In this document: one piece after another, positions 10,647 through 20,850 of the stretch
Layout of the letters: every line of letters begins with the position of its first letter
Position numbering within the stretch: position 1 is the stretch's first letter
Assembly (NCBI GenBank): GCA_041662585.1
Contig: JBAZSG010000001.1
Location: forward strand, 66,381 to 130,380
Origin: Patescibacteria group bacterium
GTDB lineage: Bacteria > Patescibacteriota > Patescibacteriia > UBA1558 > GWA2-36-10
Reading direction: 5' to 3'
DNA length: 64,000 bases
Notes under the pieces: generated by a model
The model's database searches: none
The model's input: only the letters and a program-made list of their open reading frames with translations
Told to the model about the DNA's origin: nothing
Translations under genes and position numbers: made by a program

Positions 10647-12851
10647 TTATTTTCTGAAAAATCTTGGTTTTTTGGATTCTGGCTTATGGCTTGTTTCTGC
10701 TTTAAAGCCTTCTGGTTTTGGTAAAAAATCTTTCATGGAAAGACTGACTCTGCCTTTTTCTTTATCTACTTCAACAACTTTGACTTTGACAGTGTCGCCT
10801 ACTTTTATTTTGTCGGTTACTTTGTTGACCCTTTCGTGAGCAATTTGAGAAATATGTACCATACCATCTTTGCCTGGGCTAAGCTCTACAATAGCACCAA
10901 TTTCTGTACCTTTGTTTCTATCAGTAACTATTTTTAATACTTTGCCTTCGTATATTTCACCAACTTCAATTTCTTTGACTATACTTTCAATCCATTCCTT
11001 AGCTTTTTTACCACCTTCTCCTTCAACAGCAGTAATCATAACCAATCCGTCTTGTTCAATATCAATACTAACACCACAAGCATCAATAATTTCGTTGATG
11101 ATTTTACCACCAGAGCCAATGACATCTCTAATTTTCTCTGGATCAATATGTAAAGTAATAATACGAGGTGCATATTTAGACAATTCTGAACGAACCTGAG
11201 GAATAGCTTTGCTCATAACAGCCAAAATCTTTTCACGAGCAATTTTAGCTTTGTCTAAAGTCTCACCAACTACTTTATAAGCAATGCCCCCCAATTTTAT
11301 ATCAAGCTGAATAGCAGTAATACCATCTCTAGTACCAGCTACTTTAAAATCCATATGTCCAGCATGGTCTTCAATGCCTTGAATATCAGTAAGTACTTTA
11401 TAATTATTTTTATCATTATCATCTACTACTAATCCCATAGCAATACCAGCTACTGGCTTGGAAATAGGAACCCCAGCATCCATCAAAGACAAAGTAGAAC
11501 CACAAATAGAAGCCTGAGATGATGATCCATTTGAACCCATGACCTCAGATACAACACGAATAGTATACGGAAAATCCTCATCTTTTGGTAATACTGGAAG
11601 CAAAGCTTTTTCAGCTAGAGCACCGTGACCAATTTCTCTCCGACCAGGACCACGCAGTGGCTTTACTTCACCCACAGAATAACCTGGAAAGTTATAATGA
11701 TGCATATATTTTTTGGTGCCAGCCAATTCCATACTATCCAAAGTCTGTTCGTCTCCCGGAGAGCCAAGAGTAACAACTGATAATACTTGCGTTTCACCAC
11801 GAGCAAACAAAGCACTGCCATGTGTACGTGGAAGTAAGCCTACTTCTGCTTCCAATAATCTGATTTCATCAAATTTTCTATTGTCAGGACGCTTACCATC
11901 TTGTAAAACCAATTTCTTAAAGGCTTTTGTAAGAGCTTCGTCAATCATAGCTAGCCCCATAGCTCTCATATCTTTGGAAACTTCACTGTCTTCTTTGAGA
12001 ACTTCATTTACTTTTTCAGTAAGCTCATCAATAGAAGTTTTCATTTTTGATTTGTCAGGATTAAAACAATCGTTTAAATTATTTTGTGCCAAAACTTTTT
12101 CTACTTTATTTTTGACTATATTTATAATAGTTTGTTTTTCCTCATCTAGACCAGCTTCTTGTTTTTGTTTGCCTTCTTTTTTGATAATATCTTCAATAAA
12201 ATCAACGATTTCTGCTATATATTTGCCAGCCAAATTTATAGCTGCAAAAACATCTGATTCTAGTACTTCTTTGGCACCAGCTTCAATCATAATTATTTCA
12301 TCTTTAGAGCCAGCTACAAAAAGATCCAAATCACTTTTTACTTTGTCCTCAACACTAGGATTGATTGCTATCTGTCCATCAATCCTACCCAACTGTACGC
12401 CAGCCAATGGTCCTTTCCAAGGAATATAAGAAATACCCAAAGCTATAGAAGTAGCTATCAGACTAGGAAAAGTAGGATCATTGATACCATCATATGATAA
12501 AACAGTCACCACTACTTGAATATCATTTCTATCACTTTCACTAAAAAGTGGTCTAATAGAACGATCAATCAAACGACCAGTAAGTATAGCTTCGTCAGTG
12601 GCGCGACCTTCTCTTTTGATAAATCTAGAACCTTTTATTTTGCCAGAAGCATACATTCTTTCCTCATAATCAACCATCAAAGGAAAATAATCTATACCAT
12701 CTCTAGGTTTGCCAGAAGTGACTACTGTAGCCAAGACTACAGTCTCACCATAGCTAACAGTACAAGCTCCATGAGCCTGTTTGGCTAGTTTGCCTAGCTC
12801 TACTTTGAGCTCTCTACCAGCAACCTCTGTTTTAAATTGTTTAATACCCAT
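10647..12851 (-). CDS. pnp: Polyribonucleotide nucleotidyltransferase (PNPase)
   Basis: 734 aa with two RNase PH domains, KH and a C-terminal S1 domain. The N-terminus reads MGIKQFKTEVAGRELKVE... Confidence 0.97.
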   Translation of the reverse strand: MGIKQFKTEVAGRELKVELGKLAKQAHGACTVSYGETVVLATVVTSGKPRDGIDYFPLMVDYEERMYASGKIKGSRFIKREGRATDEAILTGRLIDRSIRPLFSESDRNDIQVVVTVLSYDGINDPTFPSLIATSIALGISYIPWKGPLAGVQLGRIDGQIAINPSVEDKVKSDLDLFVAGSKDEIIMIEAGAKEVLESDVFAAINLAGKYIAEIVDFIEDIIKKEGKQKQEAGLDEEKQTIINIVKNKVEKVLAQNNLNDCFNPDKSKMKTSIDELTEKVNEVLKEDSEVSKDMRAMGLAMIDEALTKAFKKLVLQDGKRPDNRKFDEIRLLEAEVGLLPRTHGSALFARGETQVLSVVTLGSPGDEQTLDSMELAGTKKYMHHYNFPGYSVGEVKPLRGPGRREIGHGALAEKALLPVLPKDEDFPYTIRVVSEVMGSNGSSSQASICGSTLSLMDAGVPISKPVAGIAMGLVVDDNDKNNYKVLTDIQGIEDHAGHMDFKVAGTRDGITAIQLDIKLGGIAYKVVGETLDKAKIAREKILAVMSKAIPQVRSELSKYAPRIITLHIDPEKIRDVIGSGGKIINEIIDACGVSIDIEQDGLVMITAVEGEGGKKAKEWIESIVKEIEVGEIYEGKVLKIVTDRNKGTEIGAIVELSPGKDGMVHISQIAHERVNKVTDKIKVGDTVKVKVVEVDKEKGRVSLSMKDFLPKPEGFKAETSHKPESKKPRFFRK

Positions 12852-12960
12852 ATTTTTGCTCCTTTCTTAAATTGTCGTCGAGCTGATATGGCAAATTTTA
12901 GACTATTAGCTAGCTAGCAATCTAATACTTACCTACCAACCCTCAACTGTTAATTAATAT

Positions 12961-13008
12961 TTTATTTAAAACCCCGAACCTGAGCCTCTAGGGCAATTGA
13001 TTCGGGGC
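12961..13008 (-). terminator. rpsO-pnp intergenic hairpin (intrinsic terminator or RNase III-type processing site)
   Basis: A 7-bp GC stem ccccgaa/ttcgggg lies 18 nt after the rpsO stop and is followed by a T-run on the minus strand. Confidence 0.6.
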
Positions 13009-13025
13009 TTAATAATTTGTTTATT

Positions 13026-13385
13026 TTATTCTTGTTCCTCCTCCTCTTCTTCTTCCTCTTTTGTCTCTTCTGCTTTAAGTAGTTCAATTGGTTCTTCTAT
13101 ATCAAGCCTTTCTTTTTTGGCTATTTTTAGTTTTAAGATTTTTACTAATTTTAGAAACCTTTTTTCGTCCTCTCGTTCTAAATAACGAAGTAATTTGTGA
13201 CGAAGAGCTACTTTTGCTAAAAGACCACGTCTTGAAGAAAAATCTTTTTTGTGTTCACGAAGGTGGTTGGTCAATTCTTTGATTTCTTCGGTAAGAATAG
13301 CAATCTGCACTTCAGATGAACCAGTGTCATTTTTGTGAGTCTTAAACTTTTCAATAAGCCTCTGTTTCTTTTTTTTGTCTAACAT
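13026..13385 (-). CDS. rpsO: 30S ribosomal protein S15 with a C-terminal acidic extension
   Basis: GSSEVQIAILTEEIKELTNHLREHKKDFSSRRGLL S15 core. An extra ~30 aa ends in EEEEEEEEQE. An AAAGGA RBS is present. Confidence 0.92.
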   Translation of the reverse strand: MLDKKKKQRLIEKFKTHKNDTGSSEVQIAILTEEIKELTNHLREHKKDFSSRRGLLAKVALRHKLLRYLEREDEKRFLKLVKILKLKIAKKERLDIEEPIELLKAEETKEEEEEEEEQE

Positions 13386-13565
13386 AATTTATCCTTTCCA
13401 ATCCCGAATCCGAGCTAAGCCTCAATTAGACCTCTGTCAGGCCAAGCCAAGTATTGGGAAATTAATTAAATACGGACTTATATTAACACTTTTATATCTA
13501 AAAGTCAATACTGAAGTCTATAAAGCCATACTTACATTTGTGTCGTTTTATGTTAAAATATAAGT

Positions 13566-14342
13566 ATGTTAAAATATAAAAATCATTTAAAATCTATCAA
13601 ATTACAAACCTCTACTATAAAAAGCTATCTCTGGCATATAGATCAGTTTTTAAGCTGGCTTGATAAAGCAGAATTGACTGATAATAAACTAAAAGAATAT
13701 TTTCAATATTTATTGAAAAAATATAAACGTATAAATACCATTAATCTTCGCCTAAAAATAATAAATAATTACTTAAAGTTTTTAAATACTCCATTTCATA
13801 TTGATCTTCTCCCTAATGAAACTACCGGTATTAAAATATTAACTGCTCAAGAGCTTGATAAATTTTTAGAAAACCCTAATAAGTATAAGAATCTAATCGG
13901 ACTTAGAGATAAAGCTATTTTAGAATTACTTTACTCCTCTGGACTCAAAGTAGGGCAACTAGTAAAATTGAAAATATCTCAAATAGATGCTATAAAACAA
14001 GAAATATTTATAACTAAAAATAATTTTATAAAAATAAATCCTAGTACTTGGCTGTATTTAAAAAAATATTTAGACAAAAGAAATGATACTATAGATTATC
14101 TGTTTATAAATTTTGATAGATCAAACAAATCTGACAATAGATCATTAAGTATCCGCTCTGTTGAAAGGCTCATAAATAAATATGCCAAAAATATAAATCC
14201 CTCTGTAAATATAAATCCCCAAATATTAAGAAACACTCTGGCACACAGATTAAAATCTGAAGGTGCCCAAAGTGAACATATAAAATCAGCTCTACATTTT
14301 AAAACAAAAATAGCTGCTCAAAATTATTTAAATAAAATATAA
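13566..14342 (+). CDS. Tyrosine site-specific recombinase (XerD/integrase family, short form)
   Basis: N-terminal SAM-like domain, then box I LRDKAILELLYSSGLKVGQL, a LAHRL HxxR-type motif, and a C-terminal QNY catalytic Tyr. Confidence 0.7.
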   Translation: MLKYKNHLKSIKLQTSTIKSYLWHIDQFLSWLDKAELTDNKLKEYFQYLLKKYKRINTINLRLKIINNYLKFLNTPFHIDLLPNETTGIKILTAQELDKFLENPNKYKNLIGLRDKAILELLYSSGLKVGQLVKLKISQIDAIKQEIFITKNNFIKINPSTWLYLKKYLDKRNDTIDYLFINFDRSNKSDNRSLSIRSVERLINKYAKNINPSVNINPQILRNTLAHRLKSEGAQSEHIKSALHFKTKIAAQNYLNKI

Positions 14343-14351
14343 AAATTATTT

Positions 14352-14759
14352 TTATGGTATTAATTCGCTCCAAGTACAATTTGACATATCCTTGGTACAA
14401 GAATATCTAACCTTTCTAGTAGATTGTGTAGTAGAGGCTGTGGCTTCTATCAATGAGATACAAGAAGCTCCTTCACAAAAATTTTCAATAAATTGACGTT
14501 CAACTTCCACCCCATTTATTAAAAAATTATCAAAAATATAATTATTTGGTTCTTTTTTTAGTTGCATCAAAGCTTCTTGAACTCCAGTTTCAGCAGCATA
14601 AAAAGTATGGGTAGCATCTATAAAAGAATTTAAACTATTTTTCATATTTACAGATATTAAAGATAATGATAAAGATATTGACAACATAGTAGTGGTTACA
14701 AATATAGCAGCTATCAAAGTTGCAGCTCCGTCTTTTTGTTTTAAAAAATTTATAATCAT
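14352..14759 (-). CDS. PilX-like minor pilin
   Basis: PilX_N-like N-terminus (TLIAAIFVTT...TFYAAETGVQEA). Last gene of the pilus operon. Confidence 0.5.
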   Translation of the reverse strand: MIINFLKQKDGAATLIAAIFVTTTMLSISLSLSLISVNMKNSLNSFIDATHTFYAAETGVQEALMQLKKEPNNYIFDNFLINGVEVERQFIENFCEGASCISLIEATASTTQSTRKVRYSCTKDMSNCTWSELIP

Positions 14760-14760
14760 A

Positions 14761-15297
14761 TTATCTGATACTAAGAAAAGTAGAAAAATCTCTTTGATAA
14801 TAAGAATAATCTTTTTCTACTGTGCCTGAAGTTAGCCTAAAGCTTATCTGAATACCTTGATTACTAATACCTCGATAATCATCAACAGCTATTAAAGATA
14901 AATTTGATACTGACACATTAGAATTATTCAATATTATTGGACTTAAAGTAGATTGATCTGGAAAACCAGAGCCAATATCTTGTCCCTCACGATAAACCAT
15001 GTCGTCTCCTAAGACTTCGATACTAAAACGCATATCTGGTAATTGATAAAAATGAAATTGTTCGGGTGCCGGACTCACATCTACAATAGTATTTGTATTA
15101 TGCAATCTATTGGTAAGATAATGAACTATAAATCTAGCATTGTGATTTACATCATTTATAGCTATAAAATGTCGACGCGCTTTAAAAACAGATAATACTA
15201 AACTTGATATTATAATCATTAAAAGAGTAGCGATAAGCAAATAGATTATAGTTTCTACCAAAGTAAATCCTTTTTTATTTATCTGAAAAATTTTCAT
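14761..15297 (-). CDS. Prepilin-type minor pilin/pseudopilin
   Basis: Class III signal KKG|FTLVETIIYLLI. Confidence 0.8.
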   Translation of the reverse strand: MKIFQINKKGFTLVETIIYLLIATLLMIIISSLVLSVFKARRHFIAINDVNHNARFIVHYLTNRLHNTNTIVDVSPAPEQFHFYQLPDMRFSIEVLGDDMVYREGQDIGSGFPDQSTLSPIILNNSNVSVSNLSLIAVDDYRGISNQGIQISFRLTSGTVEKDYSYYQRDFSTFLSIR

Positions 15298-15298
15298 T

Positions 15299-17230
15299 TT
15301 ATAAATTTTCTGAATAAGAAATAATAACTTCCTCCAAAGTTGGTGTTTGTAAATCAGCTTGACTATCTAAAAAAAGTTTATATCTAATATATTTATCAAA
15401 AGCGTGATTAGTATAGTTTATATATTCTCCATTGGCTTCTGTATAATAACTAGTGCTTGTTCCGTCTGGCCCTTTAAAGTCCCAAGGTCCTCCAGAATTA
15501 TCACTAGTTGCAATTTGAAAACGTATATCAGTATCAAGTGGTTCGTTGCCTTCCCAAGAAATCCAGTTGTAAGAGCTAGTAGCCGTACCAGCATCAAAAG
15601 TTGATGATTCTAATATTCCAGCTGTAGAATAATCACAATCTGTTATTTCGGTAGATATAATAAAAAATTCCCCAATATTACTAGAAGTTGCTGCATAAAT
15701 CATAGAACAATTGGCCGACATGCCTAAAACATATCCTTCTAAATCAAAACCAAACTCTTTAAAAATATTACTAGGATCAGTGATATTTAAAACATTTAAT
15801 TCTTCGTCTAAAAAATTAGTACCCAAAAGAGCATAAGGTCCTACCAAAGAAAAAGAATGAACTGTCTCATTGACTTCGTATGATCCTAAAAAGTTTGGAT
15901 TAGCTGGTTCATTTACATCTAATACGAAAAATTCTGGTCCCCCACCATTGTTTTGAGTTGATATATATCCTTTATTACCTCGAACAAAAACATCTGTACC
16001 TTTTAAAGACCCTGGTAAATCATATATCCCTATTATATTTAAATCTGCTGGATTAGTAACATTTACTATTTGAAATTCAGCTGAGCTATCTAAAGTAGCC
16101 AAATAAACATAAGAATCTGAAAAAAATAATTGATCCAACTCAGCCGCTATGTTCAATGAATCAAGAAGTTGAATATTTGAAGGATCTAATATACTCAAAG
16201 AATAAAAATCAGCTCCTTGTACTATATAAGCTTCCGTACCAGATATTGCTAAATCCAGTGAATCATCATTGCTCGGTAAATCATAAGAATTAAAAATATA
16301 GGGACTACTTAGATTATTTATATTTATTATTTGAAGTTCGGCTACATTATCTCCTGTGGCCAAATAAGCATAATCTCCAGACACTCTTATACTATTAACT
16401 GAAGACCCAATATCTAAAGATGATATTTTAAATACATTGTAAGGATCACTAACATCTAATATATAAAGCTCGTCTCCTGAAGGATTATTTTCTGTAATCA
16501 AATAAGCAATCCCATCTTTTTCTAAAACATCATTATCATCAAAATTTGATGGAGTATCATAATTATCAGTAGTAGTGGTATTGCTCCAATCTATATATCC
16601 AAGTTGTAAGCTAACTACACCAGCAGTCGATACATCTACACCTGCATTTTTAGAAAAAAACTTGGTTTCATCAAACCAATTAACCTGTCCGTCTCCACCA
16701 ACCCAATCTGTTTGTAACCAACGACTAGCTTGCCATCTATGCAAATATGTTTCCATATTTTCTTGTTGAGCATTACCAGATTTACTATTCCATGATACAT
16801 TAATAGTTATTTTTTTTGTATCTACATCGATATAACCTCCAGATAATACTATATCACCATAAGCTTGTCCGTTGGTATAATTTTCTCTATAAACATCTGA
16901 TACTGTAATAGTTCTAGTGTAAAAATTATCCAAAAGCTGACCACCTGAACTCGCAACCCATTTGTTAGCTACTAAATTAATAGAATAATCACCAGCGGCT
17001 AAAGTACTCCAATCCAATAATCTAACAGCTTCCATAGATTCAATGGTATAAAAAAGAGCTTTAGTTTTTTCTTCATTTATATACCTTAACTTATTATTTG
17101 ATACACTTATAGCAAATACCAAAACAATCATAGTAGCTATAAAAGATATAGTTATTAATAGTTCTATCATGGAGAATCCTTCAATATTTTTTCGCAAATA
17201 TAAACCAAATTGTTTTTTTATATTCTTCAT
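15299..17230 (-). CDS. Large pilin-like protein with LVIVD beta-propeller repeats (putative pilus tip adhesin)
   Basis: Prepilin signal NIEG|FSMIELLITISF. About 600 aa of repeated D(V/L)S(D/N)P...Y segments typical of LVIVD repeats. Confidence 0.7.
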   Translation of the reverse strand: MKNIKKQFGLYLRKNIEGFSMIELLITISFIATMIVLVFAISVSNNKLRYINEEKTKALFYTIESMEAVRLLDWSTLAAGDYSINLVANKWVASSGGQLLDNFYTRTITVSDVYRENYTNGQAYGDIVLSGGYIDVDTKKITINVSWNSKSGNAQQENMETYLHRWQASRWLQTDWVGGDGQVNWFDETKFFSKNAGVDVSTAGVVSLQLGYIDWSNTTTTDNYDTPSNFDDNDVLEKDGIAYLITENNPSGDELYILDVSDPYNVFKISSLDIGSSVNSIRVSGDYAYLATGDNVAELQIININNLSSPYIFNSYDLPSNDDSLDLAISGTEAYIVQGADFYSLSILDPSNIQLLDSLNIAAELDQLFFSDSYVYLATLDSSAEFQIVNVTNPADLNIIGIYDLPGSLKGTDVFVRGNKGYISTQNNGGGPEFFVLDVNEPANPNFLGSYEVNETVHSFSLVGPYALLGTNFLDEELNVLNITDPSNIFKEFGFDLEGYVLGMSANCSMIYAATSSNIGEFFIISTEITDCDYSTAGILESSTFDAGTATSSYNWISWEGNEPLDTDIRFQIATSDNSGGPWDFKGPDGTSTSYYTEANGEYINYTNHAFDKYIRYKLFLDSQADLQTPTLEEVIISYSENL

Positions 17231-17233
17231 AAA

Positions 17234-17710
17234 CTAATTAACTTGCCCAGAACTTTTAACTTCTATATTTTTATTATAACTATTGTCAATACTCAATATT
17301 ATAGATATTGTCCCTGTATTATTTGCTTCTCCATCAAATTTGGAAAATATTACATCTGGTCCATAAACACCGAAAGCATCTGAAAAAATTGTTTCTGAAT
17401 TTTGAATTTCTATACCATTTAAAATCCATGTTTTATTGTTAACATCAGATTGATCATATGTGTCTCCTGAAAAAATAGTATAGCTTGAAGTAGTAAAATG
17501 CATACCCCATGAATTACTACCAGCAGCAGCTGTAGCTAATTGTTGAGTCCTAACCAAAGCACTTTTTATTGTGTCATGAGTATCAATAAGCAATATTTTT
17601 TTATGCCAAGTTTTATAACCATTAAAACCCATAGAAATAATCAAAGATGTGACTGATATAACTATCAATAACTCAATCATACTCAATCCTCTTTGATTTT
17701 TTATAAACAT
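17234..17710 (-). CDS. Prepilin-type pilin (FimT/GspH-like)
   Basis: QRG|LSMIELLIVISV N-terminal methylation motif. Confidence 0.75.
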   Translation of the reverse strand: MFIKNQRGLSMIELLIVISVTSLIISMGFNGYKTWHKKILLIDTHDTIKSALVRTQQLATAAAGSNSWGMHFTTSSYTIFSGDTYDQSDVNNKTWILNGIEIQNSETIFSDAFGVYGPDVIFSKFDGEANNTGTISIILSIDNSYNKNIEVKSSGQVN

Positions 17711-17715
17711 AAAAA

Positions 17716-18993
17716 TTATTCGGCAAAAGAATTGGTTAATTCATACATTGGGCCAATGACAGACACAGCAATAAAACCAACAGCTACACCAACTATGACC
17801 AGTAAAACTGGTTCTAATATTGTAGAAAGATTATCTAAAACATTATTTACTCTATTTTCATAAAATTCAAAAATCTTGGCTAGTATTTCTTCCAGCTGTC
17901 CAGTAGACTCACCAACTTGTATCAATTGTACAGTCAGTGATGGGAAAAGGTTTGGTCTTTTGGCCATAGAGGCTTGTAAAGATGTGCCTTTTTCCAATTC
18001 CTTGGCGATAATAGCCACTTCTTTTTGGTATCTAGTGTTGGACAGAGTTTTGGATACTATCTCCATAGATTGGACAATAGGTAATCCAGCTGCCAAAAGA
18101 GCATTGAGATTACCAGCAAAACGAGTAAGCTCTAATTCTCTACTGAGCTTTCCCAAAAAAGGTGTTTTTAATATAAAAGTATGCAAAGCCAATTTTGGAC
18201 GAGCTTTAGAAAATATAAATTTGATTAAAATCAACAACCCAATAAAACCACCAATGGAAAAGTGCCAATAATTTCTCACGACAAAATTGATACCCGATAC
18301 AGCTCTCAAAATAAAAGGAAGTTTTACTCCTCCTGATTCAAATAAATCTATCAACTGAGGAAATATAACTAAGGCCAAAAAACCACTCACAATAATCAAA
18401 GCGATAATTACAATAACTGGATACATCATAGCCCCAACTACCTTGCTACGCAATTCTTTTTGTCTTTTTATGATATCGGCCAAATGACCAAAAGTATCAG
18501 CCAACATACCTGTATTTTCTCCTACTTCAACAGTAGCAACAACCATACTAGGAAAAACCTTGGGATAGTGTTTTAAGCCGGTAGATAAAGTTTGACCATT
18601 TTCAATATGTTCACACAAATAGTCTAATATGTCTTTAAAATATTTGTTTTTAATCTCATTTTTAATAGTCTTGAGAGCTGGAGTAATAGATAATCCAGCG
18701 CGAAGCATAGTAGACATATTGTCCATAAAAAGCATCTTATCGGTCAAAGATACTTTATTAAAAATACCAATATCTTTTGTATGGACAGGCTTTATTTCTT
18801 TTTTGACTGGTGCACCAGATGATTCTATTTTTTTATTATTTTTTGATACTTTTGAAGATTTTTTTGGTGCTCTATATAATTGAAATGAAGACATCTGAGA
18901 CTTTGTCTTGGTCAATTCACCATCACCACTAAGTTTGTTTACATCAAACTTAGAAGAGTTGTTTGTTTTTTTACTATCATCAATATATTTCAT
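17716..18993 (-). CDS. pilC: Type IV pilus assembly platform protein PilC (GspF family)
   Basis: Two T2SSF repeats (GxxLS...FP motifs) and three TM segments. Confidence 0.9.
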   Translation of the reverse strand: MKYIDDSKKTNNSSKFDVNKLSGDGELTKTKSQMSSFQLYRAPKKSSKVSKNNKKIESSGAPVKKEIKPVHTKDIGIFNKVSLTDKMLFMDNMSTMLRAGLSITPALKTIKNEIKNKYFKDILDYLCEHIENGQTLSTGLKHYPKVFPSMVVATVEVGENTGMLADTFGHLADIIKRQKELRSKVVGAMMYPVIVIIALIIVSGFLALVIFPQLIDLFESGGVKLPFILRAVSGINFVVRNYWHFSIGGFIGLLILIKFIFSKARPKLALHTFILKTPFLGKLSRELELTRFAGNLNALLAAGLPIVQSMEIVSKTLSNTRYQKEVAIIAKELEKGTSLQASMAKRPNLFPSLTVQLIQVGESTGQLEEILAKIFEFYENRVNNVLDNLSTILEPVLLVIVGVAVGFIAVSVIGPMYELTNSFAE

Positions 18994-18995
18994 AT

Positions 18996-20726
18996 CTATT
19001 CTCTTTTAATACGCAATACTTCTTCTATAGTGGTCATGCCCAAAAGGACTTTTTGCATACCATCTTCAAAAATTGTAATCATACCATGTTCTTTAGCTGC
19101 ATTTTCTATATCAACTGAAGAGGCGTTTCTAATAATACAATCTTGAACTTTTTTATCATTTTCCAATAACTCCAAAACAGCAATTCTTTTGCTGTAGCCA
19201 GATCCATTGCAACGAGAACAACCCTTGCCTTTATAAAAGGTAAGATCAGCGAAAGAATGTAATCTACTTTCTACCAATTTTAATTCTTTAAACCTCTCAA
19301 ACATATCTTCAAGGTTGAATTCATGGCTCAAACTACTTAATTGATCTTTGTTTAATTTAAAACTCTCAATACAATTTAAACAAATACGTCTTACTAATCT
19401 TTGAGCAATTACTAAATTGAGGGTAGAAGCTACCAAAAATGACTCTACTCCCATATCCAACAATCTGGGTGGTGCGCCCGAAGCATTGTTGGTATGTAGA
19501 GTTGATAAAACCAAATGACCTGTAAGTCCAGCCCTGACCGCAATTTGTGCTGTATCGTTGTCACGAATCTCTCCAATCATGATAATATCTGGATCCTGAC
19601 GAAGTAAGGCTCTAAGACCACCAGCAAAATCATAACCTGCTTTGTCATTTATTTGTGTTTGATTTACGCGATGCACTCCATACTCTATTGGATCCTCAAT
19701 AGTAGAGATATTGACTTCTTCAGTATTCAAAATATTTAAAACCGAATAAAGAGTGGTGGTTTTACCCGATCCAGTAGGTCCAACTACTAGTATCATGCCA
19801 AAAGGCTTTTTTATCTGTCTGAGCATTATTTCTTGATTGTGGTCAAGAAATCCCAAATCTTCTAAACTCAGGTTTTGAGCATCGTCAGTCATCAGACGCA
19901 TTACTATCTTTTCACCATAAAAAGCAGGTAAAACTGAAACTCGGACTGACTCTTCCTCGTCTTCTATTTTAAAAGAAAAACGTCCATCCTGAGGCACACG
20001 ATGTTCATCAATACGAAGATTAGACAAAATTTTTATACGAGCTATTAAAGCATCATGGATACTTGATGGTAATTCTACTACATCATGAAGATCACCATCT
20101 ACCCTAAATCTAATAACCACTGCATCTGGTAATGCCTCAATATGGATATCTGAAGCTTGCTCAAAAAGAGCTGATTCTAAAATAGCATCAATAATTTTGA
20201 TAATTGGAATTTCAACTTCAGTTGGCTTACCATCTACTTTTAAAATCTTGCTATCCAATATTTGATTGAGCTCTTCTTGAATATCTTTTTGATAAAGACG
20301 AGAAGCAAAAAGAAAATTTTTATAACTAGTCATAAAAATCTCAATCTTCTTTTTGCTAGCTTTTTTAACTAAAGCTACTTTTTCTTTACTATTAGGATTT
20401 ACAAAAGCTACCTTAAGTTTGCCTTTTTCCAAGGCAAAAGGAATTGCCTTGGCCTTACGAGATGTTTTTTCATCAATAATATTTAATACTGCGTGATCTA
20501 ATTTTCTCTTGCGTAAATTTATAAAAGGTACCTTTAAATAGTCACTAATCAATTCATGCAAATAATTAGGATTTAAAAATCCTCTCTCCGTAAGAACTTC
20601 TTCTATACCACGACGACGACGATGAGCGTTGTCTTCTGCTTCTTTCCAGTCATTTTCTTTAATGACTTTGGCGTCAAAAAGTATCTTTTTTAATGAATCT
20701 TGAGATATTGGTAAATGAGATGACAT
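18996..20726 (-). CDS. pilB: Type IV pilus assembly ATPase PilB (GspE family)
   Basis: GSPII_E N-domain, Walker A GPTGSGKTT, Asp and His boxes, and a C-terminal tetra-Cys motif. Confidence 0.93.
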   Translation of the reverse strand: MSSHLPISQDSLKKILFDAKVIKENDWKEAEDNAHRRRRGIEEVLTERGFLNPNYLHELISDYLKVPFINLRKRKLDHAVLNIIDEKTSRKAKAIPFALEKGKLKVAFVNPNSKEKVALVKKASKKKIEIFMTSYKNFLFASRLYQKDIQEELNQILDSKILKVDGKPTEVEIPIIKIIDAILESALFEQASDIHIEALPDAVVIRFRVDGDLHDVVELPSSIHDALIARIKILSNLRIDEHRVPQDGRFSFKIEDEEESVRVSVLPAFYGEKIVMRLMTDDAQNLSLEDLGFLDHNQEIMLRQIKKPFGMILVVGPTGSGKTTTLYSVLNILNTEEVNISTIEDPIEYGVHRVNQTQINDKAGYDFAGGLRALLRQDPDIIMIGEIRDNDTAQIAVRAGLTGHLVLSTLHTNNASGAPPRLLDMGVESFLVASTLNLVIAQRLVRRICLNCIESFKLNKDQLSSLSHEFNLEDMFERFKELKLVESRLHSFADLTFYKGKGCSRCNGSGYSKRIAVLELLENDKKVQDCIIRNASSVDIENAAKEHGMITIFEDGMQKVLLGMTTIEEVLRIKRE

Positions 20727-20802
20727 ATTTAGATAAAATAATAACTTACTTACTTATTAATATGCTAAGTATAAACTAATTATAACAGAAATAGCCCATC
20801 TA

Positions 20803-20840
20803 GACAAAATAAAAAGACACTTGATAATTCAAGTGTCTTT
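20803..20840 (-). terminator. Intrinsic terminator after the ybaK-like gene
   Basis: 12-bp stem aaagacacttga/tcaagtgtcttt with a 4-nt loop and flanking T/A runs. Confidence 0.6.
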
Positions 20841-20850
20841 AAAAATAAAT

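Noticed and set aside
11713-12429. 238-aa plus-strand ORF
   Set aside because: Lies entirely inside pnp on the opposite strand. Low-complexity Ser/Ile-rich translation typical of a shadow ORF.
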